The position numbers and the translations under genes are program-made. 61,291 nt of DNA from Parcubacteria group bacterium (GTDB lineage Bacteria; Patescibacteriota; Minisyncoccia; Phycocordibacterales; Zambryskibacteraceae), in contig JAQBRH010000003.1 of assembly GCA_028286565.1 (NCBI GenBank), forward strand, positions 1-61,291, in the 5' to 3' direction. This document shows positions 19,504-24,688 of this stretch, piece after piece. Under the pieces are notes generated by a model. It ran no database searches. It saw only the letters and a list, made by a program, of their open reading frames with translations, and had not been told where the DNA came from. Numbering within the stretch: position 1 is the stretch's first letter; the number at the start of each line of letters is the position of its first letter.

Positions 19504-19593
19504 TGGCGGAAGAGGAGAGATTCGAACTCTCGAAGGGCTTTCGCCCTTGCTGGTTTTCGAAACCAGTGCCTTCAACCACTCAGCCACTCTTCC
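19504..19593 (-). tRNA. tRNA-Ser(CGA), long variable arm, CCA encoded
   Basis: Acceptor ggaagag/ctcttcc, anticodon loop ttCGAaa, variable arm caagggcgaaagcccttc, T loop ttcgaat. Confidence 0.9.
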
Positions 19594-19663
19594 TGAAGTG
19601 CCTGGCCATCCTAGCATTTTCGGGGAAAAATGTTAATATAAGCGGCGTTTCTAGCCTTTTTAA

Positions 19664-19735
19664 GGCCCTATCGTCTATCGGTTAGGACACAAGCTTTTCA
19701 AGCTTGGAAGCAGGGTTCGACTCCCTGTAGGGTCA
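19664..19735 (+). tRNA. tRNA-Glu(TTC)
   Basis: Acceptor ggcccta/tagggtc (G2-U71), anticodon arm caagc-ttTTCaa-gcttg, T arm caggg-ttcgact-ccctg. Confidence 0.9.
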
Positions 19736-19828
19736 TGGCATACGAAATGAGCGTCCGAGAGGGCGCCATTTTCGTACCATGACCCTAAGCAAGGTGACAA
19801 TTCACCTTGCGTCAGGGAGTCGAAAGGG

Positions 19829-19881
19829 TTTTCGTTATCGAGTATGCCGAGATCGAAAACCACCCGCGACGGTAGTCGAGA
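19829..19881 (+). repeat. 53-nt conserved module, left copy (inverted partner at 23472-23524)
   Basis: ttttcgttatcgagtatgCcgagatcgaaaaccacccgcgacggtagtcgaga. The reverse complement of 23472-23524 is identical except C/T at 19847. Confidence 0.95.
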
Positions 19882-19896
19882 CTCCCTGTAGGGTCA
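19880..19896 (+). repeat. exact 17-nt duplicate of the tRNA-Glu 3' end (G57 to discriminator)
   Basis: gactccctgtagggtca is identical to 19719-19735. Confidence 0.95.
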
Positions 19897-19973
19897 CAAC
19901 GGTTCCAAGTTATATTCCTCAACGTATTTTTCGTGTGGCCAAGGGGATAAAAACCACACAGATTATATGGATA

Positions 19974-20002
19974 AGAAAAAAAGGTTCAGCCGAAGCTGAA
20001 CC
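19974..20002 (-). terminator. intrinsic terminator of the 208-aa gene
   Basis: ggttcagc-cgaa-gctgaacc with a T-run on the minus strand. Confidence 0.6.
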
Positions 20003-20048
20003 CAAAGTCGAACATATTATATGCACAAGTACGGACATCTCGTCGACC

Positions 20049-20675
20049 CTATACGGTTGGGGACGCAATCACCTCACAAAAGTTGTGATAGTACCCTCTT
20101 CGAGAGGGATTAACCCATCTGATTTGGGCCTTCGTTGGGTAAGGTCCCCTCCCGAGTTTAGGAACCGAACCATCGGAAGTGAGAGATCCGTTACAGAGTG
20201 TGTCATCCCAGAAATCTTTTCCGCTCTCAACAAAGTGCTTGAGCCTTAGAACCAGACACTCCAGAAGCGTAACTCCAGGGATTTTGTGGTAAGCAAGATC
20301 GGTTGCTGAGGCAACCCGCCTTTCTCCATCCCGGATGTCATCCCTGAAACGGAACCAAACAGCATACGCACCGTTTTTGGGATTGCGATCGTTGTGACTG
20401 ACAAGCTCGTCGAGTGAGACCTCAGTGTGCTGATTAACCGATTTGTATTTCCATCGGTAGATCTCAAGCACACGCTCCAGTGTCAATCCTTGAGGGATGA
20501 CAATCACCGAGGAAATGGGGGCTTGGTAGACGGGCACCTTAACTAGCTCAAGGCTGATGCCGAAGTGGTTCCGGTAGAACTCGCGCCATTTTTCGATTTG
20601 TAGATCTGCACGCGGGTTGTTGAAATAATCGTACCACTGCTGTGGTGAGATTGTCCCAGTAGAAATTCTTGGCAT
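20049..20675 (-). CDS. hypothetical protein (208 aa, no recognisable motif)
   Basis: Start moved to MPRISTGT, which has AGAGGA 8 nt upstream. It has its own terminator. Confidence 0.5.
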   Translation of the reverse strand: MPRISTGTISPQQWYDYFNNPRADLQIEKWREFYRNHFGISLELVKVPVYQAPISSVIVIPQGLTLERVLEIYRWKYKSVNQHTEVSLDELVSHNDRNPKNGAYAVWFRFRDDIRDGERRVASATDLAYHKIPGVTLLECLVLRLKHFVESGKDFWDDTLCNGSLTSDGSVPKLGRGPYPTKAQIRWVNPSRRGYYHNFCEVIASPTV

Positions 20676-20822
20676 GATTGGGTCCTCTAGAAGTGGTGTA
20701 ATCGCCCAATCGTGGGCAATATAGGCTTGTGTATATAAGGAGCGACTTTTCAAACAATACAACATTTACCGAGATAATTCAAGTGGTTCATAAATGAGCT
20801 GAGGTAAGATATTTACACACCC

Positions 20823-20855
20823 GGTTCCAATCCTGTACAGCATGGGTCACTTGAC
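20823..20855 (+). repeat. T-arm-like intergenic repeat R1 with attached -35 box
   Basis: ggttccaatcctgtacagcatgggtcacTTGAC. A TTGACA-N17-TATAGT promoter follows. Confidence 0.8.
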
Positions 20856-20914
20856 AATCTAATACATTGTATATATAGTGCTTTTAGCCTGCACACTCAA
20901 CCTTTGAGGGAATT

Positions 20915-21304
20915 ATGAGCAAAAAGAATCCGCTGATCCTCGTTGCTGATACCGACGGGCATTACCGCAACGAGAAAGAGCGTATGCTCCGTGCACGAGG
21001 TTTTCAAGTAGTCCTCATGGACGAGGCAAGCGAGATTCTCGAGTTCGCCGAGCAACATCATCCGGATCTGATCATAACTACGTTACTCCTGAGTGGAAAC
21101 TCCGGCTTAAACGGAGGAGATGTCTGTGCAGCCCTCCGCCGTGGAGACGCGACGCGAGACATCAGGCTCGTGATTCATACCGGAGCAGACCTCAGACCAG
21201 AGGACATGCAATATTTTATTGCTCAGGGCGCCGACGGAGTCCTGCCCAAGTCGGAATCCCTGGATGGTTTGTATTCAGTGATCTGTGAGCTTCTGCGCAC
21301 ATGA
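20915..21304 (+). CDS. stand-alone receiver (CheY-like) domain lacking the phospho-acceptor Asp
   Basis: ILVADTDG...PDLIITTLLL...RLVIHTGAD...GADGVLPKS. Aligned by eye to CheY, T87 and K109 are kept but D57 aligns with Thr. Confidence 0.6.
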   Translation: MSKKNPLILVADTDGHYRNEKERMLRARGFQVVLMDEASEILEFAEQHHPDLIITTLLLSGNSGLNGGDVCAALRRGDATRDIRLVIHTGADLRPEDMQYFIAQGADGVLPKSESLDGLYSVICELLRT

Positions 21305-21313
21305 TCAATAGGG

Positions 21314-21338
21314 CCCCGATTTCGGTCGGGGTTTTTTT
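21314..21338 (+). terminator. intrinsic terminator
   Basis: ccccga-tttcgg-tcgggg followed by ttttttt. Confidence 0.65.
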
Positions 21339-21363
21339 CATATCAAAATTCCTGAAAAGCACC

Positions 21364-21413
21364 TATATACCTATAGACTTGGTTCCAATCCTGTATAATT
21401 AGGGTCACTTGAC
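21364..21413 (+). repeat. T-arm-like intergenic repeat R2 (extended form)
   Basis: tatatacctatagacttggttccaatcctgtataattagggtcacTTGAC. A TTGACT-N17-TATAAC promoter follows. Confidence 0.8.
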
Positions 21414-21466
21414 TTTTAATAATAATTAGTATATAACGCACTCCAGTTCTTTCACTGGAGGTTTGA

Positions 21467-21751
21467 ATGATACGCAGTAGCAAGAAACAACCTCTGCGCG
21501 GCGATGACATCGTGGCTCGCTTCCCAAACGGGTTAGATGTACCATCCTTTTGGCATAGTGAAGCGCAGCAGTACGTCGTCAACATCAGAGAGCCCATCCG
21601 ACTGTATCGTGATCCGAGCAATCGATTCGATGCCTGGTGGGTAGACATTTCTTCACTGTACGAAGAGGGTGAAGAGCCGAGGTTGATAAAACCTCAGTAC
21701 GCTAAGTACCCACTTCGCGGCAGTGCCAATCAATTCGTGATCCACGGGTAA
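21467..21751 (+). CDS. hypothetical protein (94 aa)
   Basis: ORF between repeat R2 and a terminator hairpin (gatctcacgc/gcgtgagatc plus T-run at about 21800-21830). Confidence 0.45.
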   Translation: MIRSSKKQPLRGDDIVARFPNGLDVPSFWHSEAQQYVVNIREPIRLYRDPSNRFDAWWVDISSLYEEGEEPRLIKPQYAKYPLRGSANQFVIHG

Positions 21752-21829
21752 GACGACAAACAAAAAGTCTTGTACCAAACTCCAGCCTTACAGTATCTCG
21801 ATCTCACGCCGTGCGTGAGATCTTTCGTT

Positions 21830-21874
21830 TATATACCCATAGACTCGGTTCCAATCTCGTATACTATGGGTCAC
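21830..21874 (+). repeat. T-arm-like intergenic repeat R3 (extended form)
   Basis: tatatacccatagactcggttccaatctcgtatactatgggtcac. Confidence 0.8.
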
Positions 21875-21921
21875 ATAAAGAGATACATTTTTCTCAACGT
21901 ACTTTGGTATAATACAGCCCA

Positions 21922-22821
21922 ATGAAACATGTAATTGAATCTCAACAATTTACTAGAGATTTAATTGATAAACTATTCCGTCTTGCTCATAAACTTGAGA
22001 AGAAGCCTGATAACTCTTTGAAAGGCAAAATAATGGCTTCAGTCTTCTATGAACCGAGTACCAGAACTCGGTTTTCTTTTGAATCCGCGATGATCCGATT
22101 AGGGGGAAATGTAATTACGACAGAAAATGCAAAAGAATTTTCCTCTGCTGCCAAAGGAGAAACTTTGGAGGACTCAATTAGAGTAATAAATAATTATGCC
22201 GATATAATTGTTCTAAGACACCATGAACAAGGTGCTTCAAAAAGAGCTTCTTTGGTCTCTGGCGTTCCGATAATCAATGCTGGCGATGGAATTGGACAAC
22301 ACCCCACCCAAGCATTGCTAGACCTTTATACGATCGAGAGAGAATTAGGGAAAATTGATGGCACTGTCATAGCCTTGGTTGGAGACTTGAAGCACGGGAG
22401 AACCATTAGATCCTTGGCTTATTTGTTAGGGAAGTATAAAAACATCCACATACAATTTGTATCGCCGGCTGCACTACGGGTTGGAAGTGATATAAAAGAT
22501 TACCTCACACGACATAAAGTTTCTTATTCAGAAACCGATGATCTCGAATTAGTCGTCTCTAGTGTTGATGTGGTGTATCAAACAAGGATTCAAAAAGAAC
22601 GATTTACGACCACAAAAGAATACCTCAAATATAAAGGCTGTTATCAGATCGGCACAACGTTGGTAAAACAGATGAAGAAAAAGTCCATCATCATGCATCC
22701 TCTGCCAAGAGTAGATGAGATCCTTTCAGAAGTTGATGCTTCACCTAAAGCTGCTTATTTTAAGCAGGCTAGGTATGGAGTGTTGGTTAGAATGGCACTT
22801 TTAAAATATCTCTTAAGTTAG
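21922..22821 (+). CDS. pyrB: aspartate carbamoyltransferase catalytic chain
   Basis: STRTRFSFE, HPTQALLD and HPLPR motifs. An extended -10 TGGTATAAT (21905-21913) ends 8 nt before the ATG. Confidence 0.9.
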   Translation: MKHVIESQQFTRDLIDKLFRLAHKLEKKPDNSLKGKIMASVFYEPSTRTRFSFESAMIRLGGNVITTENAKEFSSAAKGETLEDSIRVINNYADIIVLRHHEQGASKRASLVSGVPIINAGDGIGQHPTQALLDLYTIERELGKIDGTVIALVGDLKHGRTIRSLAYLLGKYKNIHIQFVSPAALRVGSDIKDYLTRHKVSYSETDDLELVVSSVDVVYQTRIQKERFTTTKEYLKYKGCYQIGTTLVKQMKKKSIIMHPLPRVDEILSEVDASPKAAYFKQARYGVLVRMALLKYLLS

Positions 22822-22923
22822 CAATTGCTAATTTGTATAATTATTGAGCCACCAGTACGGTAGCTTTTTTCATATCAAAATTCCTAAGGAATTCAGAACT
22901 GGTATAATAAGCGAATACCTACT

Positions 22924-23376
22924 ATGAAATCAGAAAAATCTACAGTACTGAGAATGGACAACATGGGCATCGTGGTAGAGTCTCTCGATGAGGTTGTTTC
23001 TTTTTTCATCGAACTCGGGCTCACGCTTGAGGGGCGGGCTATGATCGAAGGAGAATGGGCCGGCCGTGTTACCGGACTGGGGGACCAGCAGGTTGAGATC
23101 GCAATGATGATCACTCCCGACGGCCACAGCCGGCTCGAACTCTCGCGATTCATTACTCCGGTTGTAGTCGCAGATCACCGCCGGGCTCCCGTGAATGCTC
23201 TTGGCTACCTGCGGGCCATGTTCACCGTAAGCGACCTCGATGAGACGCTCGGGCGTCTTCAAACGCACGGCACGGAGCTCGTCGGTGAAGTGGTTCAATA
23301 CGAGAACTCGTATCGGCTCTGCTATGTTCGAGGCCCCGAGGGGCTTCTTATCGGCCTGGCTGAGGAGCTGCAGTAG
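22924..23376 (+). CDS. VOC / glyoxalase-bleomycin-resistance family protein
   Basis: MDNMGIVVESLDEVVSFF..LG and the second-half pattern LRAMFTVSDLDETLGRL...G..L. An extended -10 TGGTATAAT lies at 22900-22908. Confidence 0.75.
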   Translation: MKSEKSTVLRMDNMGIVVESLDEVVSFFIELGLTLEGRAMIEGEWAGRVTGLGDQQVEIAMMITPDGHSRLELSRFITPVVVADHRRAPVNALGYLRAMFTVSDLDETLGRLQTHGTELVGEVVQYENSYRLCYVRGPEGLLIGLAEELQ

Positions 23377-23454
23377 CCTCCTTATATTCGAAAATTCGGC
23401 TCTGAAACATGAGTCCATTCGCCCGCCTCAACTGAGTGCGGGTTTTTTATAGTA

Positions 23455-23473
23455 GGTGCGCGATACAGGATTC
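23455..23473 (-). repeat. exact 19-nt duplicate of the tRNA-Val 3' end (G57 to discriminator plus 2 trailer nt)
   Basis: ggtgcgcgatacaggattc is identical to 23660-23678. Confidence 0.95.
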
Positions 23474-23524
23474 TCGACTACCGTCGCGGGTGGTTTTCGA
23501 TCTCGACATACTCGATAACGAAAA
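23472..23524 (-). repeat. 53-nt conserved module, right copy
   Basis: Its reverse complement matches 19829-19881 at 52 of 53 positions. Confidence 0.95.
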
Positions 23525-23661
23525 TCTTACAGATTCTGTCCACTCATTGGATCTTTTGAAAAAAGCTCTCAATGAGTCTTGCGAAGCTCCAAGTATTCGC
23601 TTCTCACCCTTTCAAATCCTGCCGCAAAGCAAGCAGTTGCTTTGCTATCGCAAATCTCGGG

Positions 23662-23734
23662 TGCGCGATACAGGATTCGAACCTGTGACCCTCTCAACGT
23701 CAATGAGATGCTCTACCAACTGAGCTAACCGCGC
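23662..23734 (-). tRNA. tRNA-Val(GAC)
   Basis: Acceptor gcgcggt/atcgcgc, anticodon arm tctca-ttGACgt-tgaga, T arm acagg-ttcgaat-cctgt. Confidence 0.9.
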
Positions 23735-23810
23735 AGAACTCATATAAATTAGCTTAAAATCGACCGCCTGGCAACTCTACACAGGCGATCTTTAAGGTAA
23801 AATAAAATCT

Positions 23811-24578
23811 ATGAAAAAGTACCTTGCAGCTCTCCTCCTGGTCTCGCTCGGAAGCTATGCATATACATACGAGCAGGCCCCGTGCAGGCGGCCCATCGCA
23901 TACGCGATCCGGTCATTCGATAACCGGTTCAACATACCCGAGGATGAGTTTCGGAGTGCGGTCCATGATGCCGAAAGCTTGTGGGAGAAGGCCGCAGGCA
24001 AAGAGCTCTTTAAGGAAGATCCAAAGGGAAGCCTCGCGGTGAACCTCATCTATGATGAGCGCCAGGCGACCTCGGACAAGAACAAAACTCTCTTCGCAAA
24101 TCTTGATCAGACCAAAGAGACAGCAGGACAAGTGAAGACCGAATACACTCTCCTGGAAGCCAAGTACGAAACTCTCATCGCTTCGTATAAAAAAGACCTC
24201 CCAAAAGGAGGACGAGACCTCGAGTCTCGGAGGCAAGAGATCAACGCCCTGGCAGCCGAGATAAACACCTTAATTAAAAAATATAATTCTCTCGTCGATC
24301 AAGCGAACCAAAAGGTGGCTACCATAAATGAATCCGCCGGCCAAGAATTCAATGAAGGGGAGTACATTTCTGATGAAGCCGGGAGGAGCATCAATATCTA
24401 TGAATTCACCACCCGTCCGGAACTTGTGCGAGTGCTCGCCCATGAATTCGGGCATGCTCTGGGGCTTGATCATAATGCGAATCCGGACTCCATCATGTAC
24501 TACCTCAATCAGAGCGAAAACGGAGTTCCTACGGCCGAGGATACGGCGAGCCTGGCCCTCTTGTGCGGCCAAAAGTAA
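23811..24578 (+). CDS. secreted matrixin-type (M10) zinc metalloprotease
   Basis: Signal peptide, HEFGHALGLDH (HExxHxxGxxH) and an SIMY Met-turn. Confidence 0.8.
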   Translation: MKKYLAALLLVSLGSYAYTYEQAPCRRPIAYAIRSFDNRFNIPEDEFRSAVHDAESLWEKAAGKELFKEDPKGSLAVNLIYDERQATSDKNKTLFANLDQTKETAGQVKTEYTLLEAKYETLIASYKKDLPKGGRDLESRRQEINALAAEINTLIKKYNSLVDQANQKVATINESAGQEFNEGEYISDEAGRSINIYEFTTRPELVRVLAHEFGHALGLDHNANPDSIMYYLNQSENGVPTAEDTASLALLCGQK

Positions 24579-24688
24579 GGGGAGAAGGGGATCAACGTCT
24601 ACTATACAGAGCTCTTTACAATCCTTCTAGGGCGTGATACAGTACGCCTAGATCGTTCTACTCATCACGCCTCACCACGGAGCAATGT

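Larger units (their letters stand above)
19736..19896 (+). other. tRNA-Glu-associated foldback / tRNA-like element (E-Glu)
   Basis: Order of parts: mirrored acceptor strand gacccta (19781-19787), 22-nt hairpin (19789-19810), mirrored T-arm cagggagtcgaa (19813-19824), 53-nt module (19829-19881), exact 17-nt duplicate of the tRNA-Glu 3' end (19880-19896). Confidence 0.7.
23455..23659 (-). other. tRNA-Val-associated foldback / tRNA-like element (E-Val)
   Basis: Reading the minus strand: ttgcgat (23647-23653), 22-nt hairpin (23624-23645), gcaggatttgaa (23611-23622), an ~80-nt extra segment, the 53-nt module, then the tRNA-Val 3' duplicate. Confidence 0.7.

Noticed and set aside
18457-19617. Long form of tsaD (386 aa)
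   Set aside because: The first 38 codons are the reverse strand of tRNA-Ser(CGA). The canonical TsaD N-terminus MKILAIETSCDE starts at 19503.
19675-19863. 62-aa ORF, and its partner 23436..23723 (95 aa), sharing the peptide VVFDLxILDNEN
   Set aside because: The shared peptide is only the 53-nt inverted repeat translated on opposite strands. Both ORFs run through tRNA genes or duplicates.
19736-19896. Possible small self-cleaving ribozyme (hammerhead or twister) or group I/II intron fragment in the tRNA-Glu element
   Set aside because: GTCGAAA and CGAAA strings are present, but there is no CUGAnGA box with matching helices. I could find no twister-type or domain-V-type consensus. This needs cmsearch to settle.
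21343-21648. 101-aa minus-strand ORF
   Set aside because: It spans repeat R2, a promoter and the start of the plus-strand 94-aa gene. It has no RBS or motif.
19664-23734. Ordinary prophage or integrative-conjugative element at a tRNA
   Set aside because: There is no integrase, excisionase, or phage or conjugation gene. The duplicates lie 144 and 186 nt from the tRNAs rather than at the far end of a large element. It is therefore reported as an unexplained architecture instead.
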